Source: Oceanicoccus sp. (GTDB lineage Bacteria; Pseudomonadota; Gammaproteobacteria; Pseudomonadales; Dasaniaceae). From it: a DNA stretch of 64,000 nucleotides. Position numbers and translations under genes: made by a program. The notes beneath the pieces were generated by a model. It saw nothing but the letters and a program-made list of their open reading frames with translations. It was not told the origin of the DNA and searched no databases. Positions 41,643 through 51,822 of the stretch are shown one piece after another. The stretch spans positions 12,178 through 76,177 of the forward strand of contig NZ_JAQWFR010000029.1 of NCBI RefSeq assembly GCF_029238675.1, read 5' to 3'. Positions within the stretch are counted from its first letter, which is position 1; every line of letters begins with the position of its first letter.

Positions 41643-43688
41643 TCATTGCTCTGCTGCCTCGATTTTTTTCTCCTCTGCCGCTCGCTTGTCCTGAATGTCC
41701 TGCAACTCTTCCAACTCTTCACGCCACTGTGGTAACAATGGCAAGGACTCATCATCAATCAGGTTTATACCTTCTTCAATTTCTCTCAACTGCTGAGAGC
41801 GGATCAGTCCATATTTTTGCCCTGTTACATCATCCATTATTCGTTTATCACGCACGATAGTAGGACGGATAAAGATCAACAAGTGTTTTTTGCCAACGCG
41901 GGTTGAAGTACTTCTAAACAGAGCGCCAATAACAGGCAGATCACCTAACAAAGGGACTTTCTGAACTTGCTCAGTAACATCATCTTCAATCAAACCACCG
42001 AGAACAATAATCTGGCCATCATCTGCCAATACCTTGGTATCGATCTTTCTTTCACTGGTGATAACGTTGCTGTTTAGTGTTGCGCTGCCTTCGATAACGT
42101 TGGACACCTCCTGGGAGATTGCCAATACCAGTGAGTCCCCTTCATTAATCTGCGGGGTAATTTTCAAGGTAATACCTACATTCTCACGCTCCACAGTTTG
42201 GAACGGGCTGTTGGGGTTAGAGGAGACACCGGTCGAGGTATATGAACCGGTAACAAAAGGAATATTCTCACCCACGGTAATGGATGCCTCTTCATTGTCC
42301 AGTGTTAACAGTGAAGGTGTGGATAAAATATTGGCTTCACGATTACCCTGTAATGCATTAATGACTACATTAAAACTTAGATCATCATCTAACTGTCCTA
42401 TACCCAAAACCTGGCCAGCTGCACCACCTAACACTTGTGCAATACTTGCACGGGAATCAACGGGGTCACCGTTCTCGTCTGTTTCAAAAGCAGCGGCGGC
42501 TATAGCGCCACCCAAACCCTGGTTACCGGATGAACCATAGGAACCGCTATCGTTAAGAAATAACCACTCGATACCCAGATCGCGACCATCGTCATCGGTC
42601 ATTTCTACAATAATGGCTTCTACTAATACCTGCGCCCGGCGAATATCCAAACGCTGAACCACCGATAATAGCGACTGCATGATGTCAGCTTCTGCCGTGA
42701 CAATCAGTGAGTTGGTGCCTTCATCCGCCTCAATGGTTGCGGTGGCTTTTTTATTGCCCTTGGCTTTATCGTTTTGCTGATTCATTCGCTCCATATTCTG
42801 CACAACCTTGGTTAACACGCCGGCAAGGTCCTTTGCCACCGCGTATTCAAGGTAAACAACTTTTACATTGCCGCTTTGTGCCAGCGGAGTATCAAGGTAC
42901 TGAATTAACGATTTAACGCGCTGACGCTCCAGCTCATCGCCCGTTACCAGAACGCTATTGGTGCGCTTATCTGCCACCAAGATTAATTTTTTAGTTTCAG
43001 CCTGCCCTTTTGCCGATGCCGATTTTTTTAACTGCTCTAACATTCTTACTACTTCTTCGGCGGAAGCATGTTCAAGCGGCACAATATCGGTTTTTTGCAC
43101 GGCGGACAGATCAATACTGCTGATCACTTTTTTGATGCGGTTAATATTGGCTGCAGTATCAGAAATGATAATGGCATTACTGGGTGTATAAGCGGCCATA
43201 TGAGCTTGCTGTGGTGCTAGCGGGCGAAGCACCGGAATTAACTTTGCCGCTGAAATATTTTGTAATTGGATAACCTGAGTAACAATACCGCTGCTGGTTT
43301 TTAGGTATTCACCGGTTTTAACTTCTACTGGCGCTGTTCTGGCGCTTTTGGCGGGGATGATACGCGTAACGTTGCCGGACTCTACTGCAGCAAAACCCTG
43401 TACTTCAAGAATCGATAAAAACAATTCATACAGCTCTTCACTGGTAACTGGCTTGGCGGAAATAACCTGAACCTTACCTTTGACCTTGGGGTCGATAATT
43501 ATGGTTTTTTTCGATGCTTTGGCAACAAAACGAATTAATTCCTGGATATCGGTCTCTTTAAAGTTAACCGTCCAGGTTTGCCCCTCTTGGGCTGCAGCAT
43601 CAGTCGCCGTTTGTGCGGTGGCTATGGGGCTGATGCCCACCAATAGTGCCAGCATTGCCGCCTTCAATCCCCGTTGAAATAAAACCAT
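41643..43688 (-). CDS. gspD: Type II secretion secretin D
   Basis: VNFKETDIQELI, N-domains, LDIRRAQVLVEAIIVE, VPLLGDLPVIGALF. Confidence 0.97.
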   Translation of the reverse strand: MVLFQRGLKAAMLALLVGISPIATAQTATDAAAQEGQTWTVNFKETDIQELIRFVAKASKKTIIIDPKVKGKVQVISAKPVTSEELYELFLSILEVQGFAAVESGNVTRIIPAKSARTAPVEVKTGEYLKTSSGIVTQVIQLQNISAAKLIPVLRPLAPQQAHMAAYTPSNAIIISDTAANINRIKKVISSIDLSAVQKTDIVPLEHASAEEVVRMLEQLKKSASAKGQAETKKLILVADKRTNSVLVTGDELERQRVKSLIQYLDTPLAQSGNVKVVYLEYAVAKDLAGVLTKVVQNMERMNQQNDKAKGNKKATATIEADEGTNSLIVTAEADIMQSLLSVVQRLDIRRAQVLVEAIIVEMTDDDGRDLGIEWLFLNDSGSYGSSGNQGLGGAIAAAAFETDENGDPVDSRASIAQVLGGAAGQVLGIGQLDDDLSFNVVINALQGNREANILSTPSLLTLDNEEASITVGENIPFVTGSYTSTGVSSNPNSPFQTVERENVGITLKITPQINEGDSLVLAISQEVSNVIEGSATLNSNVITSERKIDTKVLADDGQIIVLGGLIEDDVTEQVQKVPLLGDLPVIGALFRSTSTRVGKKHLLIFIRPTIVRDKRIMDDVTGQKYGLIRSQQLREIEEGINLIDDESLPLLPQWREELEELQDIQDKRAAEEKKIEAAEQ

Positions 43689-43718
43689 AAAACCTATACC
43701 TAATTATTAAATTTATAC

Positions 43719-43762
43719 TGCCATTCCCAAAAAAAACTCTCGTCATTCCAAAAAAAAACTCT
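43719..43762. repeat. 22-bp tandem duplication of a REP half-arm plus A8/A9 tracts
   Basis: TGCCATTCCCAAAAAAAACTCT CGTCATTCCAAAAAAAAACTCT, abutting copy B. Confidence 0.8.
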
Positions 43763-43922
43763 CGTCATTCCCGCGAAGGCGGGAATCCAGCCTGCATGCT
43801 TATGCTGTTATTTCCGCGAAGGCGGAAATCTACAGCACTGGATTCCCGCCTTCGCGGGAATGACGATAGTCATTTTCGTCGAAGCCTGCCCTCGAGTGCA
43901 TTTGTCGGGGGCGGGGATGACG
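43763..43922. repeat. Three-hairpin element copy B (43763-43865) plus 57-bp extension (43866-43922), between gspC and gspD
   Basis: Reverse-complement near-copy of 51663-51822 (8 mismatches in 160 bp by hand alignment). Confidence 0.93.
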
Positions 43923-43945
43923 TTGTTTTGTGGCACTGTTCTTTT

Positions 43946-44923
43946 TTATTCACCCAAAGACACCAACACTTCAACCGGGGCGCCATTGCGATCCACAGTA
44001 AAGCTTGCTTCTGATGCCGTGCGCATCAGCTTATAAATCTCCAATGCCTTGGAAGGTTCATCTAATTCAATGCCATTGATACTGGTAACAATGTCGTTAG
44101 TTTTAAAACCTAATTGGGTAAACTGCTGCCTGTCACGGCCAGGACTGACTCGGTACCCCAACATCTGGCCATCTTTTTGTGCGGGTGATATCCGCAACAC
44201 TTGTGCCAGGGAACTTGGGTTTTTATAGAGGCGATCGCGATACCCCTTAGCAAGATTGGTCGCATCTGCATTGCCGCGCTTATCGGTCACCGCTGTTGTG
44301 TTTGATTGAGGGGGGGATACTGCCTGCCTGGGGCCAGAGGCTTTCTTTTCGTCGTCGTATAGCCATAGGGATTCATAACGACCGCTGTTATCCAGGATCA
44401 CATGATCTGTCATCACCCGGGCCAGGGTGACATTATTACCCGCTGGCAATTTGTCGCCAATATAATATTGATCCTGTTTATTTTGGTAGACGATAACCGC
44501 CAGCGATTCATCATCATCGGGGGTATGGACAATACCCTCCAGGCTCAATTTCAATTTGGTCTTAGTGGCATTTAAGGCCGCGTTATCAGCAACTACCGCT
44601 GTCTCAGTCTGAAGTACCGGTACTGCACCGACAGCACCAAACAGGTTAATAGATTGCAGTTGGGCAATATCTGTTTTACTAGCGGCTTGGGTTTGGGTAG
44701 CCGAAGTGGTATCTGTAGTGGTATCTGTAGCGGCAGGTGTAGCGGCAGGAACAGCATCATCGCTAATAAAGACACTCGCCAGCTGGGCCAGGGCAATTAA
44801 CAGCCAAACAATAAGCGCACCGCTGACTGCCTTATTTATAGATTGCACAGGCAGGGCTTTCGCCACATCGATCAGCTGTTGCCCAATCTGTGCAACCCGT
44901 GCTGTTACCTGCTCCGCAGTCAA
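43946..44923 (-). CDS. gspC: Type II secretion protein C with PDZ domain
   Basis: TM, LKLSLEGIV, VILDNSGRYESL, C-terminal PDZ (GYRVSPG, DIVTSINGIEL); TTG start with GAGGTG SD. Confidence 0.92.
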   Translation of the reverse strand: MTAEQVTARVAQIGQQLIDVAKALPVQSINKAVSGALIVWLLIALAQLASVFISDDAVPAATPAATDTTTDTTSATQTQAASKTDIAQLQSINLFGAVGAVPVLQTETAVVADNAALNATKTKLKLSLEGIVHTPDDDESLAVIVYQNKQDQYYIGDKLPAGNNVTLARVMTDHVILDNSGRYESLWLYDDEKKASGPRQAVSPPQSNTTAVTDKRGNADATNLAKGYRDRLYKNPSSLAQVLRISPAQKDGQMLGYRVSPGRDRQQFTQLGFKTNDIVTSINGIELDEPSKALEIYKLMRTASEASFTVDRNGAPVEVLVSLGE

Positions 44924-45236
44924 TCTATCACCTCATATTTTTATCATTAATAGCGCATTATATGGGGCATACAAGGTGATAGGAACCCTAATAATAAGAT
45001 CAATACGCCCTAAGTCTGTGGCATATTCACAACTCACTGGAAAACTGCGGCTCATGGCCTAGAATTGTTCCTACCCCTAGCAAAAAGTGCTCTGCCCAAA
45101 TCACCAACGGAGAACCACAGTATCACGGTAACATGACTGTAATATGACGCTGGGGCAGCACTGTAAAGTGCACTTTAAAGCTAGTACACACACCGGAAAA
45201 GCCTAGGAAAACTTGCTATAAACAGCTTAAAAAACA

Positions 45237-45446
45237 ATGACTAACCGATTTTTCTTTAACAGACGTACCGGCCTTGATCGCCGTCAGGGCAAAGAGCAAC
45301 GTCAAAACCCAAGACTGGACCTCAGCCATAAGCGCAGAAGGAAGTCTGATGAGCGACGGGATTTGGAGCGTTCAGATGCTGGGGACTTTTATGCGTCGAA
45401 TAATTATTTTAGCCGGGGCAGCCTAAGCAGCCCCGACAAGCACTAA
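45237..45446 (+). CDS. Small Arg-rich hypothetical protein (DRR/ERR motifs)
   Basis: 69 aa; RRTGLDRR...RRKSDERR; fills the gap and ends 6 bp from the oadB stop; weak SD. Confidence 0.55.
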   Translation: MTNRFFFNRRTGLDRRQGKEQRQNPRLDLSHKRRRKSDERRDLERSDAGDFYASNNYFSRGSLSSPDKH

Positions 45447-45452
45447 TCTCTA

Positions 45453-46757
45453 TTAGCCACCCACCAAACTAATCATCACACCCGCAGCAACCGCAGAGCC
45501 AATAACCCCAGCCACATTGGGCCCCATAGCATGCATCAGCAGGAAGTTTTGCGGATTGGCGTCCAACCCTACTTTGTTGGATACCCGTGCGGCCATTGGC
45601 ACCGCAGAAACACCGGCAGAGCCAATCAAAGGATTGATAGGCGTACTGGAAAAACGGTTCATCAATTTTGCCATCAATACGCCACAGGCCGTACCAATAC
45701 CAAAGGCCACCATACCTAGCAGCAAAATACCCAGGGTATTAAAGTCCAGGAATTTATCTGAACTCAATTTAGAGCCCACCGACAGACCCAGGAAGATAGT
45801 GGTGATATTGATCAGTGCATTCTGGGTGGTATCACTTAGGCGGTCTACCACACCACATTCACGCATCAGGTTACCCAGACAAAACATTCCCAATAATGGC
45901 GCTGCAGAAGGTAATACCAGGGCCACCAGAATCAGCAGAACCAAGGGAAAGCAAATCTTTTCAGCCTTGGAAATAGGCCTTAATTGCACCATTTCAATCT
46001 TGCGTTCTTCTTCGGTAGTCAACGCCTTCATAATGGGTGGCTGGATCATGGGCACCAGCGCCATATAGGAATAGGCCGCCACCGCAATGGCACCCAGCAG
46101 ATCAGGGGCCAACAAGCTGGCCACATAGATAGCCGTTGGACCATCAGCACCACCGATAATACCGATAGCCGCAGCATCAGCGAGGGAGAAATCCATCAGG
46201 CCAAGGGCCGTTAAACCCACCGCACCCAGTACGGTAGCGAAGATGCCAAATTGCGCTGCAGCACCTAGCAGCAAGGTTTTAGGGTTGGCGAGCAATGGAC
46301 CAAAGTCTGTCATTGAACCCACCCCCATAAAGATAATCAACGGGGCAACACCGCTGGCAATCGCCACGGTATAGAAGTTGTAGAGCATGCCATTGCTAAA
46401 GCCCAAATCGGCAGCGGTTTGCACGGCTAACACATGCATACTGGCACTGGAGGCTTCATAGGCGTTGAAGATATCTTTACCGGTTTCCCAGCTGGCCAAC
46501 TGCAAAGCCGTTGCCATGGCTTGCAACACCTCAGGGTTAGCAGAATACAGTGCATTCTCGACACCGGAAAAGGCCAGGCCAGCACCGGGGATGTTGGCCA
46601 GGATACCACCAAAGCCAATAGGTACTAGTAATAAAGGTTCAAAGCCACGCTTGATCGCGAGATATAACAGCAGCAAGCCCACCAGAATCATCACAAACTG
46701 GCCGGGAGCTATTTGATAGATGCCCGAGTCGTACCAAAGGGATAATAACTTTTCCAT
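45453..46757 (-). CDS. oadB: Na+-translocating oxaloacetate decarboxylase beta subunit
   Basis: [44 protein letters not shown]. Confidence 0.96.
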   Translation of the reverse strand: MEKLLSLWYDSGIYQIAPGQFVMILVGLLLLYLAIKRGFEPLLLVPIGFGGILANIPGAGLAFSGVENALYSANPEVLQAMATALQLASWETGKDIFNAYEASSASMHVLAVQTAADLGFSNGMLYNFYTVAIASGVAPLIIFMGVGSMTDFGPLLANPKTLLLGAAAQFGIFATVLGAVGLTALGLMDFSLADAAAIGIIGGADGPTAIYVASLLAPDLLGAIAVAAYSYMALVPMIQPPIMKALTTEEERKIEMVQLRPISKAEKICFPLVLLILVALVLPSAAPLLGMFCLGNLMRECGVVDRLSDTTQNALINITTIFLGLSVGSKLSSDKFLDFNTLGILLLGMVAFGIGTACGVLMAKLMNRFSSTPINPLIGSAGVSAVPMAARVSNKVGLDANPQNFLLMHAMGPNVAGVIGSAVAAGVMISLVGG

Positions 46758-46773
46758 AGGTTGATAATCCCAA

Positions 46774-48567
46774 TTACGCGATGCTTAACAACACGTCGCC
46801 AACGGCGACTGAATCACCCTCTTTGACACTAACACTAACCACGGCACCTGAAGTGGCCGCACGGACTTCGGTTTCCATTTTCATGGCTTCCAGAATAATA
46901 ATCACATCACCTTGTTGCACATGTTCGCCAACGGCGACATTGACCTTAAAGATATTACCGGCCAACGGAGCAACAACGGGGTCGCCAGCACCGGCAGGCG
47001 CAGCGGGTACAGCAACAGCTGGAGCGGCAGCGGCGGCAATATTAGAAATATCACCACCTTCAGCGACCTGAACCACATAACTCTGGCCACCCACTGCAAC
47101 GGTATACACTTCTGCATCACCCGGAGTAGCAGCGGCAGCCGCCGCAGCTGGAGCCACTTCTTCACCGGTAGGCACGGGTTCAAAGGCATCTGGATTGCCG
47201 CGGTTTTGTAAAAATTTCAGGCCAATTTCAGGGAATAAGGCGTAGGTCAGCACGTCGTCGATTTCATTCCCGCCAGCGGCCAGCTTAATGCCCTTCTCTT
47301 TAGCGATACCCTGCAGATCACCGGTCAGCTTATCAACTTCCGCTTCAATTAAATCCGCAGGGCGACAAGTAATAGCCTCTGCACCGTCTAATACACGGGC
47401 TTGTAGTTCAGCATTCACTGGCGCTGGTGTTGAACCATATTCGCCCTTTAATACACCTGCTGTTTCTTTGGAGATAGACTTATAACGCTCGCCAAACATC
47501 ACATTCATCACGGCCTGGGTACCAACAATTTGCGACGTTGGCGTTACCAGTGCGATATAACCCAGGTCTTTACGGACTTTAGGAATTTCAGCCAGTACAT
47601 CATCTAACTTATCGGCAGCGCCCTGGTCTTTTAGCTGGCTTTCCATATTGGTCAGCATGCCACCGGGCACCTGTGCCACCAGAATACGGGAGTCTACCCC
47701 CTTTAAAGACCCTTCAAATTTGGCGTATTTCTTTCGCACTTCACGAAAGTAAGCGGCAATTTCTTCCAGCAGGGTAATATCCAAACCCGTATCGCGATCA
47801 GTACCCTCCAGCATGGCCACTACGGATTCGGTGGGCGAGTGACCATAGGTCATACTCATGGAAGAAATAGAGGTATCGACATTATCAATACCCGCTTCAA
47901 TCGCTTTTAATGCCGTGGCTGTGGATAAGCCTGTAGTGGCATGGCACTGCATATGAATAGGGATATCCAGTTCTTTTTTCAGGCGACCAACCAATTCATA
48001 GGCCACATAGGGCTTTAACAAACCCGCCATATCTTTAATGGCAATCGAGTCGGCACCCATGGACTCAATCTGTTTGGCTAAATTCACCCATAGATCTATA
48101 TCGTGAACAGGGCTCAGGGTATAGGAGATAGTACCCTGGGCATGCTTGCCCACTTTACGCACCGCCTTAATCGCCGTCTCAAGATTGCGCGGGTCATTCA
48201 TCGCATCAAAGACCCGAAATACATCAACACCGTTTACCGCTGCACGCTCTACAAAGCGCTCTACAACATCGTCGGCATAGTGACGGTAACCCAAAATATT
48301 CTGGCCGCGGAATAACATCTGCTGCGGCGTATTGGGCATCGCCTTCTTTAGTTCGCGAATACGCTCCCAGGGGTCTTCACCCAAATAGCGAATACAGGCA
48401 TCAAAGGTGGCGCCACCCCAGGATTCCAGCGACCAGAAACCGACCTGGTCCAGCTTTTCAGCAATGGGTAGCATATCGTCCAAACGCAGACGGGTTGCAA
48501 ACAGGGATTGATGCGCGTCGCGAAGGACAACGTCGGTAATACCCAGGGGCTTTTTGATGTCACTCAT
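46774..48567 (-). CDS. oadA: Oxaloacetate decarboxylase alpha subunit (biotin)
   Basis: [38 protein letters not shown]-terminal EAMKM biotinyl site. Start 48567 or 48573. Confidence 0.97.
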   Translation of the reverse strand: MSDIKKPLGITDVVLRDAHQSLFATRLRLDDMLPIAEKLDQVGFWSLESWGGATFDACIRYLGEDPWERIRELKKAMPNTPQQMLFRGQNILGYRHYADDVVERFVERAAVNGVDVFRVFDAMNDPRNLETAIKAVRKVGKHAQGTISYTLSPVHDIDLWVNLAKQIESMGADSIAIKDMAGLLKPYVAYELVGRLKKELDIPIHMQCHATTGLSTATALKAIEAGIDNVDTSISSMSMTYGHSPTESVVAMLEGTDRDTGLDITLLEEIAAYFREVRKKYAKFEGSLKGVDSRILVAQVPGGMLTNMESQLKDQGAADKLDDVLAEIPKVRKDLGYIALVTPTSQIVGTQAVMNVMFGERYKSISKETAGVLKGEYGSTPAPVNAELQARVLDGAEAITCRPADLIEAEVDKLTGDLQGIAKEKGIKLAAGGNEIDDVLTYALFPEIGLKFLQNRGNPDAFEPVPTGEEVAPAAAAAAATPGDAEVYTVAVGGQSYVVQVAEGGDISNIAAAAAPAVAVPAAPAGAGDPVVAPLAGNIFKVNVAVGEHVQQGDVIIILEAMKMETEVRAATSGAVVSVSVKEGDSVAVGDVLLSIA

Positions 48568-48637
48568 GGCCATAAACCTTTAGTGTGGAAATTAGTACTT
48601 GGGATTGATGTTTGATGCTTGATGCGCAATACAACGT

Positions 48638-48874
48638 TTACTTATTGCGAGAACGATACTTATGGATAGCGGCACTGATTATGGCCACTAGCTGGTCATC
48701 GTTGGCCACGGCAGCGGGCTTGCCTGCTGGTGCCGTTGGCTCTGGTTTGGCGAAGCGCTGCAACAAAGCAGACATTAAAGTAGTGGTAGCAATCAACAGT
48801 ACTAAAAAGGTAAATACCGTGCCCATACCATAAAGCATTAGCTCAATGCCTTGCTGCATTAAGTTGTCCTCCAT
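48638..48874 (-). CDS. oadG: Oxaloacetate decarboxylase gamma subunit
   Basis: GIELMLYGMGTVFTFLVLLI, Ala/Pro linker, AIISAAIHKYR. Confidence 0.93.
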   Translation of the reverse strand: MEDNLMQQGIELMLYGMGTVFTFLVLLIATTTLMSALLQRFAKPEPTAPAGKPAAVANDDQLVAIISAAIHKYRSRNK

Positions 48875-49027
48875 TGCCCACCCCTGTCTCTGTCTTTAAT
48901 CCGTTTTTAATAAGTAATAAAGGCCACAACTACCGGTAAATGTGGCCAAAATGGACGATTAATTTACAGGGTATCCTGCCTTTAGGCAATAAGAAACATT
49001 ATGATTATGCCGCCTCACACACAAGCC

Positions 49028-49056
49028 TTCGCTAAAAGCTCGCAGATACGTATAAT
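49028..49056 (+). promoter_or_regulatory. Candidate sigma70 promoter for dusC
   Basis: TTCGCT-17 bp-TATAAT, 47 bp upstream of the start codon. Confidence 0.45.
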
Positions 49057-49103
49057 CCTGCGGCCGCCCTGATTAGAGGGTCTAAAACTTAAAAGTCTCA
49101 GCT

Positions 49104-50069
49104 ATGCGAATTATGTTAGCCCCCATGGAAGGCGTCGTTGATCACACCATGCGCACCATGTTGACAGCAGTCGGTGGCATTGACCGCTGCGTCACCGAAT
49201 TTGTTCGGGTTACCACCGCCCGCCTCCCCACGCGTACTTTTTATCGTTACTGCCCAGAGCTACATAATGATGGCCTAACCCCAAGCGGTGTGCCGGTTTA
49301 TATACAACTGTTAGGTGGCCAGCCTGAGCCTATGGCTATCAATGCAGAACGAGCAGCGGCATTAGGTGCACCCGGTATTGATATCAACTTCGGCTGTCCC
49401 GCCAAGCAAGTTAATCGCAGTGACGGGGGCTCGGTACTACTGAAAGAACCAGACCGGGTCTATAAGATTATTGATGCGGTTAGAAAAGCAGTGCCCGATG
49501 AAATTCCTGTAACTGCGAAAATCCGGCTGGGATTTGAAGACCGAAGTTTATTGGGCGATGTTAGCCAGGCAGTTTTTGCCGCCAATGCCAGTGAGCTAAC
49601 GATTCATGCGCGCACTAAAGAAGACGGTTATAAACCTCCAGCTTATTGGGATGCGATTGCCGATATTAATGCCAATAGCCCTATTCCCATTATCGCCAAC
49701 GGTGAAATTTGGTCGGTTAAGGATTATCACCAGTGCATTAAGGAAAGTAGTTGCGCCGATATTATGCTGGGGCGCGGTATTTTGGCTTGCCCGGATTTAG
49801 CGCGGCAGATTAATGCAGAACAGTTGCAGCAAAACACTACGGTGATGCAGTGGCCAGATATTGTTGAGCTGTTAGCGCAGTTTTGTGTGGTAACGGAAGA
49901 GGAGTATGAACCTAAGTATGTCGGCAACCGAGTAAAACAATGGCTGGGATATTTGCGGCGGCAGTATCCTATGGCTGAGGTTTTGTTTGAAGAGGTTAAG
50001 CGGCTGAAATGGCCTGAAGAGATTGCTGAAGGAATTAACAGGCATAAGACTCCTGTCATTCCCACATAA
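49104..50069 (+). CDS. dusC: tRNA-dihydrouridine synthase, DusC-like
   Basis: LAPMEG, CVTEFVRV, IDINFGCP, VTAKIRLG, IHARTK, IIANGEIW, MLGRG. Confidence 0.9.
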   Translation: MRIMLAPMEGVVDHTMRTMLTAVGGIDRCVTEFVRVTTARLPTRTFYRYCPELHNDGLTPSGVPVYIQLLGGQPEPMAINAERAAALGAPGIDINFGCPAKQVNRSDGGSVLLKEPDRVYKIIDAVRKAVPDEIPVTAKIRLGFEDRSLLGDVSQAVFAANASELTIHARTKEDGYKPPAYWDAIADINANSPIPIIANGEIWSVKDYHQCIKESSCADIMLGRGILACPDLARQINAEQLQQNTTVMQWPDIVELLAQFCVVTEEEYEPKYVGNRVKQWLGYLRRQYPMAEVLFEEVKRLKWPEEIAEGINRHKTPVIPT

Positions 50070-50183
50070 CCGTCATTCCCGCGAAGGCGGGAATCCAGCA
50101 CTGGTTATTTCCGCATTGGCGGAAATAACAGCATGCAGTCTGGGTTCCCGCCTTCGCGGGAATGACGATCGTACGGGAATGAC
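50053..50183. repeat. Three-hairpin element copy C (core 50071-50167, 97 bp) with outer half-arms
   Basis: Same arms as copies A, B and D; inner ATTTCCGC-ATTG-GCGGAAAT; 6 bp shorter; fills the dusC/DUF4126 gap. Confidence 0.92.
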
Positions 50184-50890
50184 TAGCCTTTTCTTTCTCC
50201 ATCACCCTGTGCCAAACCAGCCCCCAGAGCTTTGCCGGAAAAAGTATCGTCTGGCGTTGGCGCAGGCTTTACCGGTTTCTCAATCAGGCCCAGAAACATA
50301 CCAACTTTATTCACGACAGCTTTTAATAAACCCCAAACTTTCGGCATTAGCCAAATCACCACAGCAATAAAAACAAGCAATAAAATTAAAAATAGAACGG
50401 GGTGATTTAAAGCCGCCCACAATCCACCAATCACCAAAATATCTTCTGAGAAAGACGCCGCCCAATTACTGACAGGTTCGGGTGACGTATTAATTAATAG
50501 ACGAGTACCGGCTTTAGTGAAATGGGAAGTGGCTGCTAAAGAGCCTCCCATAATACCGGCGGCTATTTCCATCGCCGGAGAAACCTCGCCGACAGCGCCA
50601 GCCGCCAATAGTGCCCCGGCGGGAATACGAATAAAGGTATGAATGGTGTCCCAGCCGGTATCAACACCGGGGGTTTTATCGGCAAAGAACTCCACCGCAT
50701 ACATAATACCAGCCGCACCTACGACCATAGGGTCTTGCAGAATTTGTAACTCGGCGGGCAGGTCAATATTACCTGTGGCACCACCAATACCCAGCACAAG
50801 TAATGCCGCATAGAGGTTAATACCACTGGCCCAGGAAGCTCCCATAGTCAGTGCCAAAGTGGCTAATAATGTCTCGTACGTTTCCATCAT
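50183..50890 (-). CDS. DUF4126-family membrane protein
   Basis: SWASGINLYA, EFFADKTPGVDTGWDTIHTFIRIPAGA, INTSPEPVSNW. Confidence 0.88.
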   Translation of the reverse strand: MMETYETLLATLALTMGASWASGINLYAALLVLGIGGATGNIDLPAELQILQDPMVVGAAGIMYAVEFFADKTPGVDTGWDTIHTFIRIPAGALLAAGAVGEVSPAMEIAAGIMGGSLAATSHFTKAGTRLLINTSPEPVSNWAASFSEDILVIGGLWAALNHPVLFLILLLVFIAVVIWLMPKVWGLLKAVVNKVGMFLGLIEKPVKPAPTPDDTFSGKALGAGLAQGDGERKG

Positions 50891-51205
50891 TGAACTCCGC
50901 TTGTTTCCACTATTACCTTTATCCTACCAAGGCTTTAGTGAATACTCACTGAATAATCTGGTTTAGTGGTATAGACCCCAACGGAAAATGTGGTTTGGGC
51001 TTCTAAGCATTTGATTGGGAAGAGTATTTACCCTAGGCAGACTGTCATAAAAAATTCACAAATGATTAACTGAGAGCTGCTGGGTATCTCTGGGGCTCTC
51101 ACCTACTATTATCCAGTGGGTATTCAGTATTCCGGAAAAAAATAACAATTCTAACGCCTGGGTATTCCATTCAATTTTAAGTATTAAATCATTAGGGCGT
51201 CCTGT

Positions 51206-51586
51206 ATGAAAAAACGTATTCCATTTCCACCTTTGAAAAAATTCCCTGTCATCCATTCGCTGACAGTTGCCAGCCTTTTTTCCACACTGGTGTTAGCCAC
51301 CGTCGCGCAGGCAGCAGAACCCGATACTATTTTCCAGGATTGTTTACTGGAAGGAAAAGTTGTCGCCGATAAAGCCAGCAATGGCAGCAATGTGGTTCGT
51401 ATTGATTTCTATAAGGCACAGCTCTATAAGCCAGAGTCCCGTTGCATTATTGATGGCACCCTGGAATTTAAGCAGCCTAAAGGGTCCTTGATTGAGAATC
51501 TTTCTGAAGGTTCTGTGGTGCAGTACCACTATAGTAAAACCCATGATGGGAAAACCAGTTGGCAGTTAGTGGGTGCCTTTATTTAA
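51206..51586 (+). CDS. Small secreted hypothetical protein
   Basis: Signal peptide ending AQA-AEP, two Cys, beta-rich; followed by a terminator. Confidence 0.7.
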   Translation: MKKRIPFPPLKKFPVIHSLTVASLFSTLVLATVAQAAEPDTIFQDCLLEGKVVADKASNGSNVVRIDFYKAQLYKPESRCIIDGTLEFKQPKGSLIENLSEGSVVQYHYSKTHDGKTSWQLVGAFI

Positions 51587-51601
51587 AAGCGTTTTACCGA
51601 T

Positions 51602-51635
51602 AAAAAAATACCCGGTCTTTACCGGGTATTTTTTT
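51602..51635. terminator. Bidirectional Rho-independent terminator
   Basis: AAAAAAATACCCGGT-CTTT-ACCGGGTATTTTTTT. Confidence 0.88.
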
Positions 51636-51662
51636 GCCTGCCAATTTCAAGCTAGCCAATCC

Positions 51663-51822
51663 CGTCATTCCCGCCCCCGACAAATCCACTCGAGGGCAGG
51701 CTTCGACGAAAATGACTATCGTCATTCCCGCGAAGGCGGGAATCCAGTGCTGTAGATTTCCGCCATGGCGGAAATAACAGCATAAACATGCAGTCTGGAT
51801 TCCCGCCTGCGCGGGAATGACA
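51663..51822. repeat. 57-bp extension (51663-51719) plus three-hairpin element copy D (51720-51822)
   Basis: Inverted near-copy of 43763-43922; inner loop CATG. Confidence 0.93.

Noticed and set aside
43796-44014. Track ORFs sharing ...STALDSRLRGNDD... or ...HSREGGNP... peptides (also 49727-50101, 50023-50370, 51573-51755, 51652-51861)
   Set aside because: The shared peptide comes from translating the palindromic repeat; these are not a protein family.
33120-44923. T2SS lacks gspO (prepilin peptidase)
   Set aside because: This function is commonly supplied by unlinked pilD in gammaproteobacteria, so it is ordinary.
44924-45236. Possible riboswitch or sRNA in the gspC upstream gap; likewise the mgtE leader (14841-14960) and the TonB receptor leader
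   Set aside because: No c-di-GMP, M-box or cobalamin consensus elements could be recognised by eye; an Rfam/Infernal scan would settle it.
45517-46068. Long antisense or alternate-frame ORFs (also 42034-42540, 15806-16303, 24438-24926, 12065-12538, 2897-3367)
   Set aside because: They lie wholly within well-identified genes, have no recognisable motifs, and are expected shadows of codon structure.
48605-48625. 7-bp repeat x3 (TTGATGT TTGATGC TTGATGC) between oadG and oadA
   Set aside because: Short and imperfect, with no supportable function.
51056-51256. 66-aa minus-strand ORF, and 31163-31357
   Set aside because: No SD, no motif, overlaps the promoter or 5' end of a better-supported opposite-strand gene.
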